Part shown: positions 29,133 to 37,675 of the stretch, in pieces | How the letters are laid out: each line of letters starts with the position of its first letter | How positions within the stretch are numbered: position 1 is the stretch's first letter | Source: an uncultured Gammaproteobacteria bacterium | Lineage (GTDB): Bacteria; Patescibacteriota; Microgenomatia; Levybacterales; UBA12049 | DNA length: 64,000 nucleotides | Direction: 5' to 3' | Assembly (NCBI GenBank): GCA_964424775.1 | Contig: CAYRJZ010000002.1 | Span: 73,736 to 137,735, forward strand | The notes under the pieces: model-generated | What the model was told of the DNA's origin: nothing | Databases searched by the model: none | The model's input: the letters and a program-made list of their open reading frames with translations, nothing else | Made by a program: the position numbers and the translations under genes

Positions 29133-30602
29133 ATGAATGAAGTAACTATGGAAAAAATTCAATCTCTCATGAAGAGACGGGGATTTGTCTATCCTGGCTC
29201 AGAACTCTATGGAGGTCTTGCGAATACATACGATTATGGTCCAGTTGGTGTCGAGCTATTAAGAAATATTAAAAATTTGTGGTGGAAAATATTTGTGACT
29301 AAGCGTGATGACATGGTAGGACTTGATGCAAGTGTCATTTCTCATCAAAGGGTATGGGAAGCATCAGGTCACGTTGCAGGATTTGCAGATGCGATGGTGG
29401 ATTGTAAAAACTGTAAAACGCGTATTCGTGCAGATCACTTAATTGAAGAATACTTAGAGAAAAACAAAGCTACTCTTGAAGAACTAGAACTTGAAAATAT
29501 AACAATTCCAACTGACCTATCAAAAGAAACTATAATTTCCTATATTCAGTCTCAAAAAGTTGAAGGACTGACTGAAAAGCAACTCTCTTCAATAATTGCA
29601 CTCCATGAGATTCCTTGCCCGAATTGTGGTGAATTCTCCTGGACTGAGGTGCGGAAATTTAATCAGTTATTTCCTGTGAGGCTTGGAATTGTCGTAGGAG
29701 ATGAGAGTCTTGCGTATCTACGAGGAGAAACAGCTCAGGGAATGTTTGTTGACTTTGAGAATGTTATTAATTCATCCCGCGTGAGATTACCTTTTGGTAT
29801 TGCTCAGATAGGAAAGTCATTTCGTAATGAGATAACACTCGGCAATTCGGTTTTTAGAACGATTGAATTTGAGCAAGGTGAGATAGAGTATTTTTTCCAC
29901 CCGATAAAGACAAAATGGGAAGAAGTCTTTGAGAACTGGCAGAGTGAAATGTGGAAATTTGTAACAGTTACACTTGGTGTAAAAGAAGATAAGTTAAGAT
30001 GGCGTGAACACGAGGATCAGGAAAGATCATTTTATAGTAAGCGAACTGTTGACCTGGAGTATAAATTTCCATTTGGCTTTAAAGAACTATGGGGACTTGC
30101 TTACAGAACAGACTATGATCTCAAGCAGCATAGAGAGTATTCAGGAAAAGACTTAGCAATTGTTGATCCAGAGACACAAGAAAAAGTCATACCTCATGTA
30201 ATAGAGCCTGCAGTTGGTATTAATAGACTTTTCCTGATGACGCTCATTGATGCCTATACCGAAGAAGATGAGAGAGTAGTTGTAAAGCTGCATCCCAAGA
30301 TTGCTCCATATAAAGTTGCTGTCTTTCCACTTTTAAAGAATAAGCCTGAGCTTATAGACAAAGCAAAAGAGGTATATCATCACTTGAAAGAATCAATTGA
30401 TGGGAAAGTCATATGGGATGATAGAGGAAATATTGGTAAGAGATATTTGAGTCAGGATGAAGTGGGTACACCTTGGTGTGTAACAATCGACTTCGATACA
30501 CTTATAGATGGTACGGTCACAGTTCGTGACAGAGATACAGCTCAACAAGAACGTATGCAAATTGATGCGCTTGCAAATTATTTTAGTAGCAGGTTATCAT
30601 AA
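29133..30602 (+). CDS. glyQS: Glycine--tRNA ligase (alpha2 class II GlyRS)
   Basis: RRGFVYPGSELYGGLANTYDYGPVGVELLRNIKNLWW, FRNEIT, and a C-terminal anticodon-binding domain. Confidence 0.85.
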   Translation: MNEVTMEKIQSLMKRRGFVYPGSELYGGLANTYDYGPVGVELLRNIKNLWWKIFVTKRDDMVGLDASVISHQRVWEASGHVAGFADAMVDCKNCKTRIRADHLIEEYLEKNKATLEELELENITIPTDLSKETIISYIQSQKVEGLTEKQLSSIIALHEIPCPNCGEFSWTEVRKFNQLFPVRLGIVVGDESLAYLRGETAQGMFVDFENVINSSRVRLPFGIAQIGKSFRNEITLGNSVFRTIEFEQGEIEYFFHPIKTKWEEVFENWQSEMWKFVTVTLGVKEDKLRWREHEDQERSFYSKRTVDLEYKFPFGFKELWGLAYRTDYDLKQHREYSGKDLAIVDPETQEKVIPHVIEPAVGINRLFLMTLIDAYTEEDERVVVKLHPKIAPYKVAVFPLLKNKPELIDKAKEVYHHLKESIDGKVIWDDRGNIGKRYLSQDEVGTPWCVTIDFDTLIDGTVTVRDRDTAQQERMQIDALANYFSSRLS

Positions 30603-30608
30603 AGTATA

Positions 30609-31106
30609 GTGAGCGAAAACCTGCGACAAGTTTCTCTACCACATATAGATTTACGTGTTCCACATCGCAAACTTGGTATAGGACTTCCTGAATCTCGTGT
30701 AAAAGGCGTTGGGATAAAAGTTCCAGTAACTGAGGGAAATGTTCTTACCTCAGTAAGCAATATATTAACGGAATTTGGATCATCACTACAGTTAATTGGA
30801 GTGATTACAGCTGATAATAAACTTCTCGAAAATGAACAGAGTTCCTTTCAGAAAGAAGCAAATAAAGATCTTCTTGAGCGAAATGCAGACGTTTTTGGAT
30901 ATGATTCATCAAGGGAAACTATAGATACATTAATTTCACAATATACGGATGTTATAGCTCGCCGAAATGAACATATTGGATATTCAGGGAATCTTCCTCA
31001 CGTAAAAACAGAAGATACTCATCAGGGTGAGTTAGATTTATTTCCTGAGCGTGGAGGAGTTATAATCGACTTTACCGATTTACAAATGCAAAATGCTGCT
31101 GACTGA
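30609..31106 (+). CDS. Hypothetical protein
   Basis: ORF only. Confidence 0.3.
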   Translation: MSENLRQVSLPHIDLRVPHRKLGIGLPESRVKGVGIKVPVTEGNVLTSVSNILTEFGSSLQLIGVITADNKLLENEQSSFQKEANKDLLERNADVFGYDSSRETIDTLISQYTDVIARRNEHIGYSGNLPHVKTEDTHQGELDLFPERGGVIIDFTDLQMQNAAD

Positions 31107-31107
31107 G

Positions 31108-31135
31108 TTGACAAAGTCAGGAGAGTTGCTACAAT
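31108..31135 (+). promoter_or_regulatory. Candidate sigma70-type promoter, TTGACA-16 nt-TACAAT, about 12 nt upstream of ATG 31147 (near-leaderless)
   Basis: TTGACA at 31108-31113 and TACAAT at 31130-31135, read directly. Confidence 0.45.
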
Positions 31136-31146
31136 AATTTCAATCT

Positions 31147-31641
31147 ATGAATAAGAATTTACTTATTGGAGTTGGTGCAGTTGTATTACTTCTTCTTGGA
31201 CTAGGAGGATATTTTGTCATGTCCAATAGATCAGCTGAGCCAGTAGAACCAGTTGAAGAATCCCTTGAGAACGAAGCAATTTCAATCAAGCCTGAAGAAA
31301 TTGGTCTTGAGTTGGAAGCAACGCCAAATAAAAAGCAGGTAAAATTTATTATTAGTAAAGCAATAGGTATTACGGCTCTTGAGTATGAACTTTCTTATGA
31401 GGCTGATTCAACCGGAGGGACGGATGATGGTGATGGTGGAGGAAGAATTTCAAGAGGCGTAGCGGGAGAAGATGAACTCGATGGCACTGAAGAGTCATAT
31501 GAGTCAAAATTACTTGATCTAGGAAGTTGTTCAAGTGGAACATGCAGATACGATACAGGCGTTACTGATGTTCAATTACTTCTTAAAATTACAAAAGACG
31601 ATGGAAAAGTGTATGCGGTAGAAGATACGCTTGAACTCTAA
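31147..31641 (+). CDS. Hypothetical membrane-anchored protein with an acidic, Gly/Asp-rich exodomain
   Basis: N-terminal TM (LLIGVGAVVLLLLGLGGYFV); DDGDGGGRISRG. Confidence 0.35.
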   Translation: MNKNLLIGVGAVVLLLLGLGGYFVMSNRSAEPVEPVEESLENEAISIKPEEIGLELEATPNKKQVKFIISKAIGITALEYELSYEADSTGGTDDGDGGGRISRGVAGEDELDGTEESYESKLLDLGSCSSGTCRYDTGVTDVQLLLKITKDDGKVYAVEDTLEL

Positions 31642-31736
31642 GAACTCCTCAATTTTCACATTTATTTTCTTACATTTTCACACACTACTGCTTGTGTTCT
31701 AATTTTTCACGGACACTACTTCCCCTTTTCACAGGA

Positions 31737-31766
31737 TTGACATGGTTCAGTAAATGATGCAATATA
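31737..31766 (+). promoter_or_regulatory. Candidate mra promoter: -35 TTGACA (31737-31742), TG-extended -10 AATATA (31761-31766)
   Basis: Read directly. The spacer is 18 nt with TG at 31758-31759. Confidence 0.4.
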
Positions 31767-31772
31767 TATAAA

Positions 31773-31810
31773 AGTAGTGATAAGTAGTGAAGAGTAGTGA
31801 AATGTGTGAT
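31773..31810 (+). promoter_or_regulatory. Putative MraZ operator: three perfect AGTAGTGA direct repeats at exact 10-bp phasing, plus a degenerate fourth (TGTGTGAT)
   Basis: aaAGTAGTGAtaAGTAGTGAagAGTAGTGAaaTGTGTGAt, which is 50-87 bp upstream of the mraZ ATG and just downstream of the candidate -10. MraZ proteins bind 3x direct repeats upstream of mraZ in E. coli, B. subtilis and Mollicutes. Confidence 0.55.
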
Positions 31811-31859
31811 AGTATACAACTCATACGATTTCATTTGACCAATTGATCGTTAACAATTC

Positions 31860-32297
31860 ATGATTCTGGGACAAGTTGAAGGAAGAATTACAAAAAAACA
31901 TCAGATAGCCTTACCGAAAGTGTTTCGAGAAGAGATGGGAGATCAACTCATTGTAACAAAGGGAATAAATGAATACTTACAGGTGATCTCACAAAAAAAT
32001 TGGGAAGTATTATTGGAAGGTACAAGAGGAAAACCGTTTACAGACAAAGCAACACGGGAGTTACAAAGATATCTTTTTGGAAATGCGACAGAAATAACAC
32101 TTGATAATCAAGGAAGAATGGTACTCCCTGAGTATTTGGTGACATATGCAAAATTTCAGGAAGAGATCATTTTTATTGGAGTAGAGCGGTATGTAGAGAT
32201 GTGGGACAAAAGAAGTTACAAAGTATATGAGGAGAAAGTCTCAAAATCAGCTGAATTGTTAACTATTGATATTGGACATTCACAAGGACATGAATAA
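31860..32297 (+). CDS. mraZ: Transcriptional regulator MraZ
   Basis: Two SpoVT/AbrB-like halves (ITKKHQIALPKVFRE..., DNQGRMVLPEYLVTYAKF), about 145 aa, first gene of the dcw cluster. Confidence 0.85.
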   Translation: MILGQVEGRITKKHQIALPKVFREEMGDQLIVTKGINEYLQVISQKNWEVLLEGTRGKPFTDKATRELQRYLFGNATEITLDNQGRMVLPEYLVTYAKFQEEIIFIGVERYVEMWDKRSYKVYEEKVSKSAELLTIDIGHSQGHE

Positions 32298-33174
32298 TTA
32301 TCACACAAGCGTTCTTTTACAAGAAGTAATCGATTTTTTAAAAATCAAACCTGGGCATAAGTATATAGATGCTACGTTGGGTGGTGGTGGGCATACTGTA
32401 GAAATGTTACGACAAGGTGGAGATGTGTTGGGAATTGATGTTGATAGTGACGCTCATGCATATGTAGAATCACTTATTTCGTCAAGGAAAGAAGAGTTAA
32501 ATGGATCATTCAGAAGTGCTTATGGAAATTTCGAAAAAATTGATGAGATAGCACATCAGCATCACTTTATATCTGTCTCAGGTATCATTTTCGATTTGGG
32601 AGTATCAAGTCATCAATTTGATACACCTGAAAGAGGGTTTAGTTTTCAACCAGGTCCTCTTGATATGAGGATGGATGGTGAGCTAACTGTTACAGCAGCT
32701 GATCTCATAAATGGGCTAACACGAGTTGAGCTCATTGAACTCTTTGAGAAGTATGGGGAAGAGCCATTTGCACGAAAAATTGCAGGAAGTATCGCTGAGA
32801 GACGAATAAAATCACCGTTCAGAACAACAGAAGACTTAGCAGAGGTCATTAAACGAGCAGTTCCAAAGAGTGATGGTATTCATCCAGCAACACGGGTCTT
32901 TCAGGCCTTACGAATCGCTGTTAATGATGAGATGCATGTTCTAGAAAATGCTTTACCAAAAGCATTAAGGCTTCTTGAGAACGAAGGAAGATTGACTGTT
33001 ATATCTTTTCATTCTCTTGAAGACAGAATTGTGAAATATGCATTTGAAGCTTTTGAAAAAGCCGGTGAAGGAGAAATTATAACAAAAAAACCGATTATTC
33101 CTACACAAAAAGAACAAGAAGAAAATAGAAGAAGTAGAAGCGCAAAGCTTCGAGTCTTTGAAAGAAAAATATGA
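32290..33174 (+). CDS. rsmH: 16S rRNA (cytosine1402-N4)-methyltransferase RsmH (MraW)
   Basis: Start taken at ATG 32290 (MNNYHTSVLLQEVIDFL...DATLGGGGHT, the canonical RsmH N-terminus); GIIFDLGVSSHQFD. Confidence 0.9.
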   Translation: MNNYHTSVLLQEVIDFLKIKPGHKYIDATLGGGGHTVEMLRQGGDVLGIDVDSDAHAYVESLISSRKEELNGSFRSAYGNFEKIDEIAHQHHFISVSGIIFDLGVSSHQFDTPERGFSFQPGPLDMRMDGELTVTAADLINGLTRVELIELFEKYGEEPFARKIAGSIAERRIKSPFRTTEDLAEVIKRAVPKSDGIHPATRVFQALRIAVNDEMHVLENALPKALRLLENEGRLTVISFHSLEDRIVKYAFEAFEKAGEGEIITKKPIIPTQKEQEENRRSRSAKLRVFERKI

Positions 33175-33452
33175 AAAAACCATTATTAGTTGTCATGTTA
33201 AACGGATTTATTATTCTTTGCTTATCACTCGTGCAAGTAGTTGTTGCGAATAGTATCTCTACAACTGGAATTGAGCTTGGGAAAATTGAGAATGAAATAG
33301 CGGCATATAAAAAGAAAAATGCTGTTCTTCACGAACAGGTACTTATTTCATCATCTTTGACAAATATTGCTTCAGAGGCTTCTCGACTTGGTTTTGAAGA
33401 ATCAAAGTCTCAACTTGTTGTTGAGAGTCCTCTCCCCATTGCAAAAAGATGA
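33171..33452 (+). CDS. ftsL: Cell division protein FtsL-like (small bitopic coiled-coil protein)
   Basis: 93 aa with a single TM and a heptad region; it sits between rsmH and ftsI. Confidence 0.5.
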   Translation: MKKPLLVVMLNGFIILCLSLVQVVVANSISTTGIELGKIENEIAAYKKKNAVLHEQVLISSSLTNIASEASRLGFEESKSQLVVESPLPIAKR

Positions 33453-35143
33453 CAGATTGGAGATATCGTTCTGTACTACTTTTTTTCACTGTTCTCTTAT
33501 TATTTGTTACAGTGAGACTTTTTTACTGGCAAATTGTCAGAGCTTCTGAACTTGCATCAATTGGTCAGTCTCAGTATGGTCAAAATGTTAAACTCGTTCC
33601 TAAGAGAGGTGAGATTCGCACATCTGATGGATTTCCATTAGCATCAAATAAAGTTACCTATCTTGTTTTTGCCAATCCGAAGGAGATTAAGGAAAAAGAT
33701 AAAACCTCCCGACTCCTTGCACCAATTCTTCAAAAGGATGTAGCCTCAATTTCTGCTCTTTTAGACCTTAATAGATACTGGGTAGCTGTAGGAAGTAAAA
33801 TAAGTACTGTTCAGAAGGAAGAAGTTGAGAAGCTAGATTTACCTGGAATTGGGTTTGATGATCAATCGATTCGTTTTTATCCTGAAGCTTCAGTTGGTGC
33901 GAAATTACTCGGATTCGTTGGGAAAAATGAACTGGGTGATGATATCGGGCAATTTGGACTTGAAGGGTACTATGATAGACAACTAAGAGGAAAAGAAGGA
34001 GTAGCTAAGCAAATTCATGATGCTCTAGGAAGACCGATTCTTGCAAAACTGCATAATTCATCAGGTGAAATTGATGGACGAAACCTCAATTTACATATAG
34101 ATCGAGTTCTTCAGTTCGTTCTAGAAGATGAGTTAAAGACAGGAATTGAACAGTATGGTGCAGTAGGAGGGATGGCAGCGATGATGGATCCTAAAACTGG
34201 GGGGATATTAGCAATGGCTTCATTTCCTTCTTTTGATCCAGCCAAATATTACGAGCATTCAGCTGAGGAATTTAAAAATGCTTTTATAACTGATACGTAT
34301 GAACCTGGATCAACATTCAAACCTTTAGTGATGGCTGCTGCAATAAATGAAGGACTAGTCAAACCTGAAACTGTCTGTCCGAATTGTAATGGCCCCATTG
34401 AGATAGGGGGATACACGATTAAGACATGGAATGATAAATATCAGGAAAATCTCACCATGACACAGGCGATACAATACTCAGATAATACCGGGATGGTTTT
34501 TGTCGGACAAAAGTTAGGGTTGGACAGGATGCTGAATTATTTTGATAAATATGGACTTGGTAAAGCAACAGGAATTGACCTCCAGGGTGAAGTAACACCC
34601 TCGATAAGGCCGCGAAGTAATTGGTATCCAATTGATCTTGCAACATCGAGTTTTGGTCAGGGAATTTCCATTACACCAATTGAGTTACTCGCTGCTTTTT
34701 CTTCTCTTGCAAATAAAGGAGTGAGAATGGAGCCACATGTTGTCGCATCAGTCGAAACGCCTGAGGGAGAGGTCATAACAATTCCTCCAAAAAAGATAAA
34801 TCAACCAGTGAGTGAGAAGACAGCAAAAATAATGACAGAGATCCTGGTGAATGCAGTTGAAAAAGGGGAAGCAAAATGGGCAAAGCCTAAGGGGTATCGA
34901 ATTGCTGGAAAGACAGGTACTGCCCAAATTCCGGTTGAGGGGCATTATGATCCAAATCAGACTATTCCATCATTTATTGGGTTTGCTCCTGCTGATGATC
35001 CGAAATTTGTAATGCTTGTTGTTCTTGATAGACCGACTAAATCAATTTACGGGTCAGAGACAGCTGCTCCAATATTTTTTAGAATTGCAAAGAAAGCCCT
35101 CACTTATTACAACATTGCACCTACAGAAAGTTTGAGTGAGTAA
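33449..35143 (+). CDS. ftsI: Class B penicillin-binding protein / peptidoglycan D,D-transpeptidase FtsI
   Basis: N-terminal TM, dimerisation domain, and the transpeptidase motifs STFKP (SxxK), SDNTG (SxN) and KTGTA (KTG). Confidence 0.85.
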   Translation: MTDWRYRSVLLFFTVLLLFVTVRLFYWQIVRASELASIGQSQYGQNVKLVPKRGEIRTSDGFPLASNKVTYLVFANPKEIKEKDKTSRLLAPILQKDVASISALLDLNRYWVAVGSKISTVQKEEVEKLDLPGIGFDDQSIRFYPEASVGAKLLGFVGKNELGDDIGQFGLEGYYDRQLRGKEGVAKQIHDALGRPILAKLHNSSGEIDGRNLNLHIDRVLQFVLEDELKTGIEQYGAVGGMAAMMDPKTGGILAMASFPSFDPAKYYEHSAEEFKNAFITDTYEPGSTFKPLVMAAAINEGLVKPETVCPNCNGPIEIGGYTIKTWNDKYQENLTMTQAIQYSDNTGMVFVGQKLGLDRMLNYFDKYGLGKATGIDLQGEVTPSIRPRSNWYPIDLATSSFGQGISITPIELLAAFSSLANKGVRMEPHVVASVETPEGEVITIPPKKINQPVSEKTAKIMTEILVNAVEKGEAKWAKPKGYRIAGKTGTAQIPVEGHYDPNQTIPSFIGFAPADDPKFVMLVVLDRPTKSIYGSETAAPIFFRIAKKALTYYNIAPTESLSE

Positions 35144-35148
35144 AAAGA

Positions 35149-35481
35149 TTAACGAATTGTTGACCCAGGAGCTACTGGTTCAAGGGGAATAAGGGGGAGT
35201 GGTTTGTTTCCACCTTCTGCAGCAAGAATCATCCCTTCTGAGAATTCACCCATCATTTTTCTTGGTTCAAGATTAAGAACAAAAATAAAATTTTTGCCGA
35301 TAAGCTCATCTGGATCATACCAGGCTGCAATTCCTGAGAGGATATTCTTTTCGCCTTCCTCACCAAAATCTACCGTTAGTCTCAGTAACTTATCTGATCC
35401 TTCTTTTTTTTCACAGTTAATAACTCGACCTACCCGCAAATCTAGTTTTGCAAAATCTTCAAAAGCAATTTGATCTTTCAT
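35149..35481 (-). CDS. tRNA-binding domain protein (CsaA/EMAP-like OB fold)
   Basis: FAKLDLRVGRVINCEK...DKLLRLTVDFGEEGEKNILSGIA...FVLNLEPRKMMGEFSEGMILAA is the Myf/tRNA_bind domain. Confidence 0.65.
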   Translation of the reverse strand: MKDQIAFEDFAKLDLRVGRVINCEKKEGSDKLLRLTVDFGEEGEKNILSGIAAWYDPDELIGKNFIFVLNLEPRKMMGEFSEGMILAAEGGNKPLPLIPLEPVAPGSTIR

Positions 35482-35522
35482 AGAGGTATTTTACAAGTCA
35501 AAAGAATCAATGTAAAGAAGAG

Positions 35523-35855
35523 TTATACAAATTCCAACGTATCACCCTTTGTCGTATGTGACTTCTGTATTGTCCCGGCTGGAAGTTCAAGTACCTGTGA
35601 ATACAATGGATTCCAAAGAAAGATTCTCTTTGGCTTGAGTTCTTGATGAAGTGCAACAACTTCATTTTTTTTATTTAAAATAACTACATCAATTGAGTAT
35701 AATACGCCAAAAGTATGTATACCAAAATGTGTTGAGAACATAATTGCCTGACTCACAGTACTCCCAATAAGACCTCTGTTTTTTGCAAAAAAAGAGGTCT
35801 TTTCCTGAATATGCGGAACAAGGACAGTTTGTTTTGTTTTATTCATAACTTTCAT
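35523..35855 (-). CDS. DUF192-like protein
   Basis: About 110 aa. The pattern (…GLIG...AIMF...FGIHTFGVLYSIDVVIL..., ...FLWNPLYSQVLELPAGT) fits COG1430/DUF192 only weakly. Confidence 0.35.
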   Translation of the reverse strand: MKVMNKTKQTVLVPHIQEKTSFFAKNRGLIGSTVSQAIMFSTHFGIHTFGVLYSIDVVILNKKNEVVALHQELKPKRIFLWNPLYSQVLELPAGTIQKSHTTKGDTLEFV

Positions 35856-35886
35856 GGATATAGTATAGCTTAGAATAGGTACCTGT

Positions 35887-36480
35887 ATGATTTGCTATAC
35901 TGTTGAGGTGACAGGAAGAACACACGATTTAGCAGCATTTACTGCCCTCAATATTGTATTGGTAACAGTACCTCTTGAAAAAATGACACTTGCAACAGCT
36001 CTTGTTGCATTCACTGCAAACATGATTGGAGGACTCGCTCCTGATCTTGATCAACCAACTGCAAATTTGTGGAGGAGAATGAGAGGTGGAACACTTATAG
36101 GGAAATTTTTATCTCCCCTTCTTGGTGGACATCGATTTATTTCTCATTCAATCATTGGAATTGTCATGTTTGGAGTGATTACGCAGATAATTTTAGAATT
36201 ACTTAGCTCATTTTTGCTCGTTGATATGAATATTGTCTGGTGGGCTTTTATGATCGGCTTTGTCTCACATCTTATTATGGATACTTTTACCCGGGAAGGA
36301 GTGCCGTGGCTTTTCCCAATCCCACTACACTTCGGAATTCCGCCTATTCGTCTCTTACGTATGAAAACAGGTGGTCTTGCTGAAAAATCCTTTGTTTTTC
36401 CTGTCCTTATTTTTTGTAATGGTGTGCTTATTTATCTTTATTATGAGAAAGTTCTTGAGTTCTTTAAACTTCTAAGATAA
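35887..36480 (+). CDS. Membrane-bound metal-dependent hydrolase, YdjM-like (PF04307)
   Basis: GHRFISHSIIG and HLIMDTFTREGVPWLFPI motifs within a four to five TM protein. Confidence 0.4.
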   Translation: MICYTVEVTGRTHDLAAFTALNIVLVTVPLEKMTLATALVAFTANMIGGLAPDLDQPTANLWRRMRGGTLIGKFLSPLLGGHRFISHSIIGIVMFGVITQIILELLSSFLLVDMNIVWWAFMIGFVSHLIMDTFTREGVPWLFPIPLHFGIPPIRLLRMKTGGLAEKSFVFPVLIFCNGVLIYLYYEKVLEFFKLLR

Positions 36481-36499
36481 CTAGGTATACTACACACGT

Positions 36500-37675
36500 A
36501 TGTGGCAAGATATTAAAAACATTTATCATCTAGGAAAAGCTTTTGGAGCAAATGTGCTCAATGGATATCCGGCAAAGTCATTAACAGTCATTGGGGTTAC
36601 CGGGACAGATGGGAAAACGACAACTGCCACTTTCATTTACAGTATACTTAAGGAGGCAGGTTTCAAGACTGCGCTTATCTCAACAGTTTCAGCAAAAATT
36701 GGGGATAAAGAATATGATACAGGCTTCCACGTCTCGACACCTGACTCTTTAGCACTTCAGTCTTACTTAAAAAGAGCAAAAAAGGATGGAGTAACTCATT
36801 TAGTACTTGAAGTGACATCTCATTCACTAGACCAACATAGGGTTTTTGGAATTCCATTTGCTGTTGGGGTACTCACCAACATTTCTCGTGAGCATCTCGA
36901 CTATCACAAGACAATGGAAAGATATATGTTAGCCAAAGCTCGCTTGTTAAAAAATTCTCGTATAGTTGTTCTGAATAAAGATGATGACAGTTACTCTTTT
37001 TATTCAGATCTTTTGAATGAAAAGAAAATTCTCACTTATTCTTTACATGATAAAAATTCATATACTCCTTCATCAGTTAACATCCATTCTTCTTTACCGG
37101 GTGATTTTAATACATATAATATGCTTGCAGCATATACAGCAACAAAAGCAATTGATATTGACGATAAGATTATCCTAAAAGCTCTTGAAAAAGCACTGTT
37201 GCCAGAAGGAAGATATGACGTTATCTACGATAAAGATTTTAAAATAATTGTTGACTTTGCACATACACCTCGCTCTATTGAACAAGTGCTCCAGACAGTG
37301 AAAGATAGTACCAAAGGACGAGTAATACATGTCTTTGGAAGTGCCGGTCAAAGAGATAAAGGAAAAAGATCACTGATGGGGAAAGCCTCAGCAAAATATG
37401 CTGATGTTATCATTCTTACATCAGAGGACCCGAGGGGAGAAACTGTAGATGAAATCAATAAAATGATAAGAAAAGGAATGAGTGGAAAAGAAAAAGTGCT
37501 TGAGATACCAGATCGAAGTGAGGCAATTCTCAAAGCAGTAACTGAAGCAAAAAAGGGAGATTGTGTCATAATTACAGGAAAAGGTCATGAAAAATCAATG
37601 AATTTTGGAAAAGGTGAAGAACAGTGGAGTGATCATGAGGCTGTTTTGAGCGCATTAAAGGAGAAGAAACTATGA
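36500..37675 (+). CDS. murE: Mur ligase, MurE-like (UDP-MurNAc-L-Ala-D-Glu:diamino acid ligase); lacks the usual N-terminal domain
   Basis: P-loop GVTGTDGKTTT, DFAHTP, GSAGQRDKGKRSLMG (the MurE D-R-D-x-x-K-R-x-x-MG motif). Only 391 aa. Confidence 0.55.
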   Translation: MWQDIKNIYHLGKAFGANVLNGYPAKSLTVIGVTGTDGKTTTATFIYSILKEAGFKTALISTVSAKIGDKEYDTGFHVSTPDSLALQSYLKRAKKDGVTHLVLEVTSHSLDQHRVFGIPFAVGVLTNISREHLDYHKTMERYMLAKARLLKNSRIVVLNKDDDSYSFYSDLLNEKKILTYSLHDKNSYTPSSVNIHSSLPGDFNTYNMLAAYTATKAIDIDDKIILKALEKALLPEGRYDVIYDKDFKIIVDFAHTPRSIEQVLQTVKDSTKGRVIHVFGSAGQRDKGKRSLMGKASAKYADVIILTSEDPRGETVDEINKMIRKGMSGKEKVLEIPDRSEAILKAVTEAKKGDCVIITGKGHEKSMNFGKGEEQWSDHEAVLSALKEKKL

